Shown here: one piece after another, positions 1 through 10,244 of the stretch
Layout: each line of letters starts with the position of its first letter
Position numbering within the stretch: the first letter of the stretch is position 1
Assembly (NCBI GenBank): GCA_963749075.1
Contig: CAVVLJ010000017.1
Coordinates: 480,001-544,000, forward strand
Source: an uncultured Pseudomonadota bacterium
GTDB lineage: Bacteria; Pseudomonadota; Alphaproteobacteria; JACZXZ01
Direction of reading: 5' to 3'
DNA length: 64,000 nt
Notes under the pieces: generated by a model
Databases searched by the model: none
The model's input: only the letters and a program-made list of their open reading frames with translations
Told to the model about the DNA's origin: nothing
Program-made: the position numbers and the translations under genes

Positions 1-407
1 ATAGCCCGACGGATCGAGCGACGCCCCCCTTTTTGCGCCCCCTTGGCGCTTTGGGCGTCGATGACCGCCACCGTCGGGCCGGCCTCGCGTCCCGCTTGCT
101 CGCGCACGGCAAGGCAGAGCGCGTGATGGATGCGCTCCAGCGTACCGTCCCAGTCCCACAGCTCGAGAGAGTCGTAGACCGTGCTCTTCGGCGGCAGGTC
201 CGTCGGCAAGGCGTTCCATTGGCAGCCGGTCGAGAGCACGTAGAAAACACCGTTCAGCACCTCGCGCACATTCACCGAACGTTTCCGACCGCCGTGCTTG
301 GCCGGCGGGATTGTCGGTTCCACCAATGCCCACTCGGCGTCGCTCAAGTCGCTGGGATAGCGCAAGCCGCGGCGGTCGGCCGCGCGGCGGTGTTCAGGCT
401 TCCACAT
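1..407 (-). CDS. IS5-family transposase, partial, with -1 frameshift site
   Basis: Manual translation MWKPEHRRAADRRGLRYPSDLSDAEW...TGCQWNALP..LPPKSTVY...VIDAQSAK. A5G6 slippery run at 24-34; the -1 frame continues ...LDPSGY. Confidence 0.85.
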   Translation of the reverse strand, partial: MWKPEHRRAADRRGLRYPSDLSDAEWALVEPTIPPAKHGGRKRSVNVREVLNGVFYVLSTGCQWNALPTDLPPKSTVYDSLELWDWDGTLERIHHALCLAVREQAGREAGPTVAVIDAQSAKGAQKGGRRSIRRA

Positions 408-490
408 CGAGCACCCTCCTTCTCCAATCCGGGTGCTCTCGATAGAATCACATCCGATTCTCCCGATTCAACAACTTTCCGGATCGGCTC
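1..490 (-). mobile_element. IS5-family (IS1031/IS427-like) insertion sequence, left end; runs off the window
   Basis: Transposase on the minus strand. Terminus reads GAGCCGATCCGGAAAG from 490, next to a TNA-type site (491-493). Confidence 0.8.
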
Positions 491-806
491 TCAGGGCGAG
501 ATGGCTATGGGCGACGGCGAAGCGGGTTCGGCAGCGCGATCTGGGCGCGCCGGCCAACGTCAGCCTTGGCGGGCTTGCAGTAGGTCTTTGGGCGCCGAGG
601 CGCCTCCGCGCGCGTCAACCGGATCGACGGTATCATCGGCAGCTCGAAGGCGGCGCCTAACGCCAGCGGCCATAGACCGGGTCACTCGCAAGGTGCTACG
701 AATGCGGACGGAATCGTAGTGCATCAAGCGACGCGCCACAGAGGAAGCATGATGTTCGGGCGCTTCGGAAAAGCCGTTCGCTGATCCGTTAAATCGGTGC
801 AAGCAC

Positions 807-1517
807 ATGGCCCATCGGCAGCAGCAAGCCTTTGTCGCCTTGATAAAGAAGGCGTTCCCGGACTTTTTTGTCGAGAGTCGAGTGCTCGAAGTCGGCAGCC
901 TCAACATTAATGGGTCCGTCCGCCAGCACTTCAGCGGCGGTCAATATATCGGCCTCGATGTGGCTCCGGGTCCCGATGTCGATGTCGTCTGCCAGGGACA
1001 GAACTACGACCCACCGGACGGCTCGTTTGACGTGGTCATCTCCTGCGAGTGCCTGGAACACAACCCGTTCTGGCGCGAGACTTTCGAGAACATGCTCCGA
1101 CTCTGTCGCCCGGGCGGGCTCGTCATCATGACGTGCGCATCGACGGGGCGTCCGGAACACTGCACCCGCCGCACCACGCCAAACAATGCTCAACCGATCG
1201 ACTGGGACTATTACCGCAACCTCACGGCCAGAGATTTCTGCCGTTCGATTGCTCTCAGCCGACATCTCGCGACCTGGAAATTCTTCACCGACCTATCATC
1301 CTGCGATCTGTATTTCGTTGGATTCAAAACGGGTGCGGAAGCGCCTCAGGGTGTCTCGGCAGCGTTGAAGGCGATAAGAATTCATTATCTGCTGAAGAAC
1401 CTCCGAATCCGGCCGGCGCTGATGAGGAAGCAGCTGCTGATTCTCATGGTGGGCGAACAGCGCTATATGGCTGGGTCGCTCTTGCCATGGAAACGTCGAA
1501 AATTGCGAGAGCACTGA
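807..1517 (+). CDS. Class I SAM-dependent methyltransferase
   Basis: VLEVGS motif I, YIGLD, FDVVISCECLEH, LCRPGG. Confidence 0.85.
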   Translation: MAHRQQQAFVALIKKAFPDFFVESRVLEVGSLNINGSVRQHFSGGQYIGLDVAPGPDVDVVCQGQNYDPPDGSFDVVISCECLEHNPFWRETFENMLRLCRPGGLVIMTCASTGRPEHCTRRTTPNNAQPIDWDYYRNLTARDFCRSIALSRHLATWKFFTDLSSCDLYFVGFKTGAEAPQGVSAALKAIRIHYLLKNLRIRPALMRKQLLILMVGEQRYMAGSLLPWKRRKLREH

Positions 1518-1584
1518 GGCGATACTTTGGCCGCGTACGTGGAGTCTCTCTCAAGACATCCGGGCTTTGCCGACCGGCGTCATT

Positions 1585-2472
1585 TCAAACGGGCTCCGAG
1601 CCAATCGACGAAGGCGGACCAAATCTCATGCGGAATTCATCCAACGAAATCCTGAACGTCCGCTCGGACGCGCTGAACGCCGTGAAGACGGCATCCAGCG
1701 TCTCGGTATCCACCGGCGCGTCCCGAGCGGCTGCGGAGAGAGCGGCGTAGACGCGTGCGGTCCATGGTTCGCCGAAATGGTTGCCTGCAACTCCGTAGCA
1801 CCTTTGCCGATGAAGATTTGGATCGACGAACGCATCGATGGCGGGCTCGTCGACGGCCCTCAGGTCGATGGCCAAGCGATCCGCGATCCGCCGCGTTTCC
1901 CTTCGCCAGTCCCCCAGGACGTTCGCATATTCGACGAGAACGCGCGGAAAGCGGCGCGACATACGTTCGGCCAGAAGGTTGTACTTGAGCCAGAGAACGC
2001 CGCCCAATTCCGGAGACGCACCGACGCGCGCTGCGAGAGACGCGGCGACCTCGTCCGGATGCCGAATCGGAACGACGATCTTGACCGCAAATCCGGCACG
2101 AAGGCTTGCTTCGAACCAGAAGTCGGACAAGGCCGCGATGCGCGGATCCTTGATGACGAGGATCGGCCCGCCGGGACAGCTCTCAAGGAACGACCGGATG
2201 TCTCGAACATAGCCTTCAGAATCATCATCGCGCAGAGGGATCTCGCCTTGAAGGCGCAACGTCGGGTCGTACCACGTGGCGCCGTGGCGAAACAGAAAGG
2301 CGTCGTTGATGGCGATGGCATCGAGGGACTCCCAGTAGCCCCTCGGATTGTCCTCGCTATGCCCAAGCAGCCGATCGGGAAGAGACGCTCCGCATAGCGA
2401 CAGGACGCGGGTCAGCATCGACGTCCCAGAACGACCCATGCCGAAAATGAAAACAATATGCCGAGCGGACAT
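1585..2472 (-). CDS. Sulfotransferase-family protein
   Basis: GMGRSGTS PAPS-binding loop, NPRGYWE, IKDPR, IRHP. Start chosen at MSARHIV. Confidence 0.8.
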   Translation of the reverse strand: MSARHIVFIFGMGRSGTSMLTRVLSLCGASLPDRLLGHSEDNPRGYWESLDAIAINDAFLFRHGATWYDPTLRLQGEIPLRDDDSEGYVRDIRSFLESCPGGPILVIKDPRIAALSDFWFEASLRAGFAVKIVVPIRHPDEVAASLAARVGASPELGGVLWLKYNLLAERMSRRFPRVLVEYANVLGDWRRETRRIADRLAIDLRAVDEPAIDAFVDPNLHRQRCYGVAGNHFGEPWTARVYAALSAAARDAPVDTETLDAVFTAFSASERTFRISLDEFRMRFGPPSSIGSEPV

Positions 2473-2504
2473 TGACTGTTCCGGTGACCTTTTATCGCCG
2501 ACCG

Positions 2505-3269
2505 CTACATCTTTTGCCACCAGGCGCTGTTCCAATCGGCCTGGTGGATAATAGCATCGATCTTCATCTCTGCCCTGTAATCCATTATTGCCTTTTGACA
2601 AAACGGGAGGAAATAGAAATCGTCTAGAATGACGAAGCCCCCCGGTGAAAGCTTCGGGTACAAAGCCTGCAATGCAACGTAGGTCGATTCGTACAAATCT
2701 CCATCGAGCCGCATCAGAGCAAACGGGCCGGCATCTAAGGACGGCAGCGTGTCCTGGAAAAGGCCCTCAACGAAGACGACTTGCTCATCGAGCAATCCGT
2801 AGCGGGCAAAATTGGCCTTGACCTCGTCCATCGACACCGCCAATTCCCTCCACAGGTGTAAATCCAGGCCCTTATCCTCGGGAAACAGCTCCGGCTTCGG
2901 CGGCGGCAGGCCGTCGAACGAGTTGGCCACGTAGACTTTACGATCCTTGACCCGATTCGCTGCAAGGACGCCGCGCAGCAAGATGCAGCAGCCGCCGCGC
3001 CAAACTCCGGCTTCGACGAAATCGCCGGGAATCCCCTCGTCGATCGCCCGCTGCGCAAGCTCTCGGACATTTTGCAGCCGCCCTACTCCAACCATGGTGT
3101 GGGCAACCGTCGGCCAGTCGTCGCGGCCCTCCGAGCGAAGCTCCGGTTGAAAGGGCCGAGCCTTCATCGGATCGGGAAGCGTCGGATTGGTCCAGGGATC
3201 ACCGTAAATCATGTTGGTCAATATCTTGATCAACAGGTCAAGGTACAGTTGTCGCGCTGCCGCGGTCAT
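2505..3269 (-). CDS. TylF/MycF/NovP-family sugar O-methyltransferase
   Basis: AHTMVG, PGDFVEAGVWRGG, MRLDGDLYEST, LSPGGFVILDD. Confidence 0.9.
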   Translation of the reverse strand: MTAAARQLYLDLLIKILTNMIYGDPWTNPTLPDPMKARPFQPELRSEGRDDWPTVAHTMVGVGRLQNVRELAQRAIDEGIPGDFVEAGVWRGGCCILLRGVLAANRVKDRKVYVANSFDGLPPPKPELFPEDKGLDLHLWRELAVSMDEVKANFARYGLLDEQVVFVEGLFQDTLPSLDAGPFALMRLDGDLYESTYVALQALYPKLSPGGFVILDDFYFLPFCQKAIMDYRAEMKIDAIIHQADWNSAWWQKM

Positions 3270-3286
3270 GACAATTCTCACAGCCT

Positions 3287-5284
3287 CTAGAGAATGCGAC
3301 GGTCCTTCAAGCGTCCCTCGACAACGTGCCAATCATTCGGCACGGCATTGAGTGCCGCTTCCCAGTTGTTCTCGATCTCCGAATAGGGCGTGTCGATAAA
3401 GCGCGCGACGGCTTCCTCGTATCTTGCTTCGAGTTCACGCGATGCCGAGTCGAGGCCGGTCACGACGGTGAGACCGGTCGACGGCGTCGCAATTGTGAAG
3501 ACGTCGAGGTCCGGACGATAGTGCTTGAGGCAAAGCACCGTTTTCCATACGTCGCCGGTGTGAAATTCGGTATCCCGCGCGCGGGCCTGCGTCGCCTCGT
3601 CGAGCGGAACGGTATCGTGCAGCAGAACGACCGAGCGTCGGCCGCAATATCTCTCGAGATTGACGAAATCCCTGAGCGCCTGTTCGTAGAGATGGAGGCC
3701 GTCGATAAAGCCGATCCCGAGCGGCCGGCCTGCGAGCAACGAATCGGGTCCGCGCCGGGCGAAGAACGTGTCGCTCGTCTCCGCGGCGATATGCGTTTCG
3801 GCCTTGATCGGGCTGAGCAAACGAGGCTGCGGACCGACGCCGATCGCCAATGTCGGGGGGCGCGCGAGCGAGAGCGATGTGCCGTCGTCGACGCCGATCT
3901 CGATGATCGTCTCCGGCGCGAGACGCGCGTAAAGACGCTCAAGCCAAGTCAAATAGCTGTCGCCGGGCATCCGCAGCGCGGCCAGGCCGTTATGGGCGTC
4001 CCTGAGCTTGCCGTCCAAGCCCAATGCGACTCGATAATGCGACGCTGCGTGACCGTTCTCGCCGAGCAAGCGATGCGCCGCCGCCATCGCCATATGATAG
4101 TCCGCGCGCCACGGCTGGGGCGCTCCATTCCATGGTAACCAGGCGGCAGTGAGCGAGAGCAGGCGCTGCGCTTCGGGCTCATCGGGCGCGCGGGCGCGGA
4201 CCAAGCTTGCGACCCCGGCAGCGGCTTCATATCGGCCGGCGCGGAACTCGTTCTGCGCCAAATCGACCAGCTGAGCGATGATCGGATCAACCGGCCGCGT
4301 GACGCGTGCTATCGACCACAGCCCGCGATCGAAATCCCGACCGAGCGGCGGTTCGAACTGAGGAGGAGGAACGATGGCGGCGCGAACGAAGCGTGCGAGC
4401 GCGGGCTGCGGCAGAGTTCCGAGAAAAGTGCGTGAAGCTGCCGGACGCGGCACCTCGAATGGCCTTCCGCGAATTGCCAGGTATTGCGCCTCCCAGTGAC
4501 GAAGATCGCGTTCCATCCGCGCGTTAGGCGCGTTGGTCGCGATGCCGCCATGAAACTGGTGAAACGTCCCTTCGCCGAGCAGGAATATCGGCTGGATGCC
4601 CGGCAGCTCCAATGCACGGCGATAGGTATCTAGGTTGACATACCCACCCCCCGGAAGATCAAAGCGCTCGTCGAGACCGCCGAGCTCCTCCCACATCTCC
4701 CGAGGCATGAAAAGGCCGTTCGACTCGGCAGTCGGCTGCAGCCAGCCATCGACCGAAGACTCGTCAAAGGTTGCAATTTCGAAAAGACGATAGCCATCCT
4801 GCGGCCATCCGATTGAAGCAAGAAGGGCATCCTCCCGAGATTGGTCGTACCCCGCCGTCATCGCCCGCCGCTGAAGGTCGCCTCCGAGATACCAACCGAG
4901 CGTTACCACCACCGCTCTGTCGTAGAGCCGAGCGCCGTGGCGGGCGAAGTGCAGCAATCCGGGAGTGACGATGCGCGCTCCGTCGATCATCACCCCGACG
5001 ATTTCGCCTCGGGCCTCGGCGAGGCCGCGATTGATCGCATGCGCCGGAGACGGCGGTGCAGGATCGATGCGGATCAGGCGAAAATTGCCCGCAAGATTTT
5101 CCAACAGATCGGGGTCGAACGGCCTTGAGCCGTTGTCGACGACGATCACTTCGTAGTCGTCGGGGTGAACATGGCGCTGATAGGCGGCCGATAGCGAGAA
5201 CAGCGTCCGCGGCGCCTCGCGGGGAATATTGTAGACGACAACGACGACCGATATGTCCGACTTGTCGGCTTTGCCGAATGACAT
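3287..5284 (-). CDS. Fusion protein: GT2 glycosyltransferase, TPR-like linker, class I methyltransferase
   Basis: N-terminal VIVVDNGS and GGLDERF; helical middle; C-terminal IIEIGV, FIDGLHLYEQALRDF, LLHDT, TGDVWK. Confidence 0.8.
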   Translation of the reverse strand: MSFGKADKSDISVVVVVYNIPREAPRTLFSLSAAYQRHVHPDDYEVIVVDNGSRPFDPDLLENLAGNFRLIRIDPAPPSPAHAINRGLAEARGEIVGVMIDGARIVTPGLLHFARHGARLYDRAVVVTLGWYLGGDLQRRAMTAGYDQSREDALLASIGWPQDGYRLFEIATFDESSVDGWLQPTAESNGLFMPREMWEELGGLDERFDLPGGGYVNLDTYRRALELPGIQPIFLLGEGTFHQFHGGIATNAPNARMERDLRHWEAQYLAIRGRPFEVPRPAASRTFLGTLPQPALARFVRAAIVPPPQFEPPLGRDFDRGLWSIARVTRPVDPIIAQLVDLAQNEFRAGRYEAAAGVASLVRARAPDEPEAQRLLSLTAAWLPWNGAPQPWRADYHMAMAAAHRLLGENGHAASHYRVALGLDGKLRDAHNGLAALRMPGDSYLTWLERLYARLAPETIIEIGVDDGTSLSLARPPTLAIGVGPQPRLLSPIKAETHIAAETSDTFFARRGPDSLLAGRPLGIGFIDGLHLYEQALRDFVNLERYCGRRSVVLLHDTVPLDEATQARARDTEFHTGDVWKTVLCLKHYRPDLDVFTIATPSTGLTVVTGLDSASRELEARYEEAVARFIDTPYSEIENNWEAALNAVPNDWHVVEGRLKDRRIL

Positions 5285-5558
5285 GGAAATCTAGAGTCCA
5301 TTTTCTCGAAGGCCGAGCACGACCTTAACCGCCTTCGTTCGGGCGATGCTCCCGATAAAAGTCTTAACTGACATTCCGAGATGACCTTTGACGCGGCTCG
5401 GCCGGCACTCCCCCGGTGATCGGTCGTTGAAACGGCGGATCGACCTCCGATTACTTCATACCCGGTGCTGTTGGTCGTCAAGCGGATTGTACCGACCGCT
5501 CCTCGGCTGTCCGACGCCCGAACCGTCCTTGAGACGCGGATTTGGCGATTTTTCGGGG

Positions 5559-7464
5559 ATCGCGGTAGGGACGCCCATTACTGGGCGCCCCCCGCACAGA
5601 TCCGTACGGGCGGATTTCCCGCATACGGCTCCCACCTCGGGTGTTTGACGGCGAAGCGCTTGCTCGGCCAGGGGTGAAGGATGCGGGGTTTTGGGAGAAA
5701 GTCGTCGGCCAGCTTCTCGATCCGTCCCCAGGTCGAGCCGTCCTTCTGGCTGCGCCGCCGGAGCGTGCGCCGCCAGAGGCCGGTGACATGGCGCCGGAAG
5801 GCCGCAAGTGCCGGGAAGTTTGTCGGCACTGCGTGATAGCCAAAGAAGCCGGTGACGACCTGCCGCAGCCACGTCCCTTGCACCGGGATGGGCTGATGCA
5901 TCCGCCGCCGCAGTTCGCCCTTTACCTCCTTGAGCTTGGCCACCATGCGGTCACGCCGGGTCTTCCGCTTGAGGAGGAAGTTCCCGCGGCGCGATTTACC
6001 GCAGAGGAAGGTGAAGCCTAGGAAGTTGAAGGTTTCCGGTTTACCGAGCCCGCGCTGCTTGCGCTCGGCCGCGGCATGGCGGCCAAACTCGATCAGGCGG
6101 GTCTTTTCCGGATGCAGCGTCAGCGAGAACTCCTGCAACCGCTCCCGCATCGCCTCCCAGAAGCGTCGGGCGTCGGCCTCACGCTCGAAGCCGACAACGA
6201 TGTCGTCCGCATAGCGCACGATGATCATATCGCCCTGTGCCTCGCGCCGTCGCCAGCGCTCGGCCCAGAGGTCGAAGACGTAGTGCAGGTAGACGTTGGC
6301 AAGGAGCGGTGATGCCACCGAGCCCTGTCCCGTCCCCCTCTCACTCACCGTCACGACCCCGTCTTCCAGGATGCCCGCCTTGAGCCATTTCTGGATCAGG
6401 CGGATGATACGCGGGTCACTGATCCGGTTCTCCAAGAAGCGGACGAGCCATGTTTGATCGACCGCGTCGAAAAAGGACCGGATGTCCGCATCGAGAACGT
6501 AGTTCACCTTCTTGCTGGTGAGCCCGACCGCCAGTGCGTCCAGCGCATCGTGCTGGCCGCGCCGTGGCCGGAAGCCATACGAGAACCCGAGGAAGTCCTC
6601 CTCGTAGATCGCGTTCAGCACCGCGATGGTCGCCCGTTGGACGATCTTGTCCTCGAGGGCGGCAACCGCGAGCGGGCGCTGCCGGCCGTCCGGTTTCGGT
6701 ATGTACCGTCGCCGGGACGGCAGTGCCCGATACGCTCCCCGGCGGACCCGTGCGTGCAGGTCCTCGAGCTTGCACTCGAGGTCTGCCTCGTAGTCCTGCC
6801 ATGTCAACCCGTCTACGCCGGGCATGGCGTCTCGCTTGAGCGCGAAGAACGCCAGCCGGAGCAGGCTGATGGTGATATGGTGGAAGAGCGAGGTGAACCG
6901 TTCCTTCTTCCTTTGCCTTGCCGCTTGTCGTATGCGATCCAGCGCATGGGACACGCTTTCCCGGTCCTGTGCCCGGCGCGTGCTGTGCTGGCCCGCATTC
7001 CCCTTGGCCTCCGCCCTTCGCTCCACCGGCTCCGCAACCGATTGCCCGGCCTTGTTCGTCGGCTTCCCAGCTACTATGGCGGAGTCTGACTTCCCGCGCC
7101 CGTGCGTCATCGGCTACGGCTCCTCGCCTTCCCGATGCGGACCAGGGCGGCTTGTCGCCGCTGGCCGGACGTGGGATCTCCCAGGTTCCGGCGGGCTCCC
7201 TTTGTGCGTGATGGGGTCTTCGACCTCGGTAGGGCGACGGCGCCTCGCATAGCGGCGCCGCACATGTTGCCTTCGGCTACACTAAAAGCCTCGGCCCCTC
7301 CGACATTACTGCTTACGCGGCTCAATAGCCCACCCCGCACAATCGCTGTGTACGCTTCGCCGTGGTCGTTGCCTTCCACAGCGCAACACTCGCTACCAGG
7401 CGGGCGCTACCCCTTACCTGGGCCGGACTTTCACCGGCTGGATCACGCCAGCTTCCTGGCGCAC
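5559..7464 (-). mobile_element. Group II intron, apparently full length (about 1.9 kb), no endonuclease domain
   Basis: 5' end GTGCG at 7464. Domain V GAGCCGTATGCGGGAAATCCGCCCGTACGGATC (5631-5599). 3' end CCTACCGCGAT at 5559. EBS1-like loop (7275-7290) complementary to the 5' exon end CACTA. Confidence 0.92.
5578..7110 (-). CDS. ltrA: Group II intron reverse transcriptase/maturase
   Basis: PGVDG, YIPKPDGRQRPL, SYGFRP, GTGQGS..SPLLAN, RYADD, FNFLGF. The ORF reads through domain V and stops in domain VI. Confidence 0.95.
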   Translation of the reverse strand: MTHGRGKSDSAIVAGKPTNKAGQSVAEPVERRAEAKGNAGQHSTRRAQDRESVSHALDRIRQAARQRKKERFTSLFHHITISLLRLAFFALKRDAMPGVDGLTWQDYEADLECKLEDLHARVRRGAYRALPSRRRYIPKPDGRQRPLAVAALEDKIVQRATIAVLNAIYEEDFLGFSYGFRPRRGQHDALDALAVGLTSKKVNYVLDADIRSFFDAVDQTWLVRFLENRISDPRIIRLIQKWLKAGILEDGVVTVSERGTGQGSVASPLLANVYLHYVFDLWAERWRRREAQGDMIIVRYADDIVVGFEREADARRFWEAMRERLQEFSLTLHPEKTRLIEFGRHAAAERKQRGLGKPETFNFLGFTFLCGKSRRGNFLLKRKTRRDRMVAKLKEVKGELRRRMHQPIPVQGTWLRQVVTGFFGYHAVPTNFPALAAFRRHVTGLWRRTLRRRSQKDGSTWGRIEKLADDFLPKPRILHPWPSKRFAVKHPRWEPYAGNPPVRICAGGAQ

Positions 7465-7506
7465 TAGTGGCACCGTTTGAAACTCTGCGCCTCGAGGGTC
7501 AGCGAT

Positions 7507-8175
7507 TCATTCGCGGTTGTCGCTCTTGTGAAAGATCGCGATATTCCGAAGAACCGTCATCTTCTCGATGGCGTATGGCGAGGACAGTTTTAGCGTCGGG
7601 GCCATGGCGTGATCCATGAGTTGCTTTACCATGCCGACGTTGCCGTGCTGATGGCTGGGAAAGACCTTCGGCATTTCGGGGACGCCGATCTCGGGCGGGA
7701 GATAAGGGGCCCCGTCGAATTCGGGCAAGAACGCCGTACAGATATCCTCGATCACATAGATGCCGCCTGGCTTGAGCGCCCTCGGGAACAGATAGGCGAA
7801 CGAGCGCCCGGTATGGCACCCGAGATGTGAAGCGTCGTCGATGATAATGTCGAACGGCCCGCCCGCGGCAATCGCCGCATCCAGGCATTTCGGATCGTCC
7901 TGAGCTCCATGGACGAAGTGAAAGCGATCTTCCGACGGAAACGAATCCGGCTTCGCGCGCTCATCGAGGCCAACGATGATCGCTTTGGGAAAGTACTCTT
8001 TCCACATCAGCATCGAAGCCCCGTGATACACGCCGAGTTCCAATAGGCTGATCGGCCTGTCGCGCATTTCATGGAACAGGCGGTCGTATTCGATCAAATA
8101 ATGGGTCGGTTTGCGGGCCGGATCGGTCCCGTACAATTGCGCCGCCAAACCGGAAAGCTCCTTGCCGCGCTCCAT
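7507..8175 (-). CDS. SAM-dependent O-methyltransferase (MycE/TylE-like)
   Basis: YGTD, LLELGVYHGAS, FDIIIDDASH, LKPGGIYVIED. Confidence 0.8.
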   Translation of the reverse strand: MERGKELSGLAAQLYGTDPARKPTHYLIEYDRLFHEMRDRPISLLELGVYHGASMLMWKEYFPKAIIVGLDERAKPDSFPSEDRFHFVHGAQDDPKCLDAAIAAGGPFDIIIDDASHLGCHTGRSFAYLFPRALKPGGIYVIEDICTAFLPEFDGAPYLPPEIGVPEMPKVFPSHQHGNVGMVKQLMDHAMAPTLKLSSPYAIEKMTVLRNIAIFHKSDNRE

Positions 8176-8392
8176 TAGCGGATGCCCTCTCCATAGAGAG
8201 ACGGCCTTCGCGTCGCCTCCCGATCCACCATCACCTTCACCATATCAGACAATTCCCAAAGCTTGGAAGTGGCGCCAACCGTCATCGTTGGTTGACGTGC
8301 CCCTACGATTTCGGATCGTCCTGAAGCGAAAAATTCGGCATTTGAACCTGCCTCCGACCTTGGGCCGCTCGGCCAAGGCGGGGTAAATCAGA

Positions 8393-8421
8393 ATTTTCAA
8401 GCTGCAAGCGGTCTTGAAAAT
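8393..8421 (-). terminator. Hairpin downstream of rfbA, possible terminator
   Basis: ATTTTCAAG-N11-CTTGAAAAT inverted repeat about 30 nt after the rfbA stop. Confidence 0.35.
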
Positions 8422-8451
8422 CGGGAGCCGGTCGAATGACCCACGCGACGC

Positions 8452-9324
8452 TCACGCCTCCCCGTCGGCGATGCGCAGGAGATAGCGCCCGTATTCGTTG
8501 TCGCGCATCGGCAGCGCGAGCGACTTGAGCTGCGCGCGGTCGATGCGGCCGGTACGGAAGGCAATTTCCTCGACGCACCCGATCTTGAGGCCCTGCCTCT
8601 GCTCCACGGTCCGGACGAACTCCGAGGCCTGGATAAGCGTGTCGTGCGTGCCGGTATCGAGCCAGGCAAATCCCCGCCCGAGCCGCTCCACCTTGAGCTC
8701 GCCGCGCGCGAGATAGATCCCGTTGAGGTCGGTGATCTCGAGCTCGCCGCGCGCGGACGGCCGGAGCGTCCGCGCATATTCGACGACGTGCTCGTCGTAG
8801 AAGTAGAGCCCGGTGATCGCGTAGTTCGACTTCGGGGCCTTGGGCTTCTCCTCGATGCCGACCGCGTTCCACTCCGCATCGAAGGTGACGACGCCGTAGC
8901 GCTGGGGATCGCTCACCCGGTAGGCGAACGCCACGGCACCCCGCTCGAGCGCCACGGCGCGCGCAAGCGCTTCGGGCAATCCGTGGCCGAAGAAGACGTT
9001 GTCCCCGAGGACAAGGCAACATTTCTCGCCCGCAAGGCAGTCGGCGACGATGAGGAAGGCCTGGGCAATTCCGTCCGGTGCCGGCTGCACGGCGAAGGAG
9101 AAGGAGATGCCCCATTGGCTGCCATTGCCGAGGAGTGCTTGGTAATGGCGCTGGTCATCGGGAGTGGTGATGACCAGGATCTCCCGGAGGCCCGCCAGCA
9201 TGAGCACCGATAAGGGGTAATAGATCATCGGCTTGTCGTAGATGGGGAGGAGCTGCTTGCTGACGCCGCGGGTAAGCGGATGGAGTCGCGTGCCGGTGCC
9301 CCCGGCAAGAATGATCCCCTTCAT
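8452..9324 (-). CDS. rfbA: Glucose-1-phosphate thymidylyltransferase
   Basis: [49 protein letters not shown]. Confidence 0.97.
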   Translation of the reverse strand: MKGIILAGGTGTRLHPLTRGVSKQLLPIYDKPMIYYPLSVLMLAGLREILVITTPDDQRHYQALLGNGSQWGISFSFAVQPAPDGIAQAFLIVADCLAGEKCCLVLGDNVFFGHGLPEALARAVALERGAVAFAYRVSDPQRYGVVTFDAEWNAVGIEEKPKAPKSNYAITGLYFYDEHVVEYARTLRPSARGELEITDLNGIYLARGELKVERLGRGFAWLDTGTHDTLIQASEFVRTVEQRQGLKIGCVEEIAFRTGRIDRAQLKSLALPMRDNEYGRYLLRIADGEA

Positions 9325-10244
9325 GGCATCTTGCCGAAGATACCCGCGAGGATCGCCGGCAGGCTCGCGCGCCAATCGGGCGAGGCGATTCCGAAGGTGG
9401 CGGCGATCTTGCCGCAATCGAGGACCGAATTGGCCGGCCGTTTGGCCGGCAAGGGATCATCGGCCGTCGCTATGGGGCGGACGACTACGCGCCGCCCGAG
9501 ATAGGGGCCCGCCGCGTCCACGATAGCGCGTGCGAAGCCGCACCAGCTCGTTGCCGGCGCGCCGCAGAAATGATAGGTGCCCCAGCGCGCGCCGCCCGCA
9601 CCAATGGCGTCGACGACGGCGAGGAGCGCCTCAGCGACGCTTCCGGCCGGGGTCGGGCTGCCGCGTTGGTCGTCGACGACGCTGAGCGCCGGCCGCTCGC
9701 CGGCAAGGCGCGCGATGGTCCTTACGAAATTCGTGCCATGCGCACTGTGAACCCACGCGGTGCGCAGGATGACATAGTGCTCGAGACGGTCGCGTAGGGC
9801 CTCTTCGCCGGCAAGCTTGCTCGCCCCGTAGACGCAGAGCGGAGCAACCGGATCGCTCTCCACGTACGGCCCTTCCTTGCGGCCGTCGAAGACATAATCG
9901 GTCGAGACGTGGAGAAGTGGAATCCCGACCTCGGCGCAGGCCGCGGCAAGGTTGGCCGGGCCGTCGCGGTTGACCGCGAAGGCGGCTTGCTGCTCGCTTT
10001 CCGCCTTGTCGACCTGCGTGTAGGCCGCGGCATTGATGACAAGGGATGGCGCGATATCCCTGATCGCCCGCCGGACACCCTCGCAATCGCGGACGTTGAG
10101 TTCGCCGTGAGAGAGGCCGGCGGCAGGTCGGCGCGCCGCATCCAGGTGCCGCGTGAGCTCGCGCCCAAGCTGGCCTCCAGCACCGATGACAAGGATGGGC
10201 GGCACCCGTGCCTCAGCGTCCGGCGGCGAGGCCGAGACGTTCAC
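9321..10244 (-). CDS. rfbD: dTDP-4-dehydrorhamnose reductase
   Basis: [39 protein letters not shown]. Confidence 0.95.
   Translation of the reverse strand: MNVSASPPDAEARVPPILVIGAGGQLGRELTRHLDAARRPAAGLSHGELNVRDCEGVRRAIRDIAPSLVINAAAYTQVDKAESEQQAAFAVNRDGPANLAAACAEVGIPLLHVSTDYVFDGRKEGPYVESDPVAPLCVYGASKLAGEEALRDRLEHYVILRTAWVHSAHGTNFVRTIARLAGERPALSVVDDQRGSPTPAGSVAEALLAVVDAIGAGGARWGTYHFCGAPATSWCGFARAIVDAAGPYLGRRVVVRPIATADDPLPAKRPANSVLDCGKIAATFGIASPDWRASLPAILAGIFGKMP

Noticed and set aside
5578-7110. RT as a retron, DGR or defence RT
   Set aside because: It has group II intron motifs and is enclosed by a GTGCG 5' end, domain V/VI and a matching EBS1.
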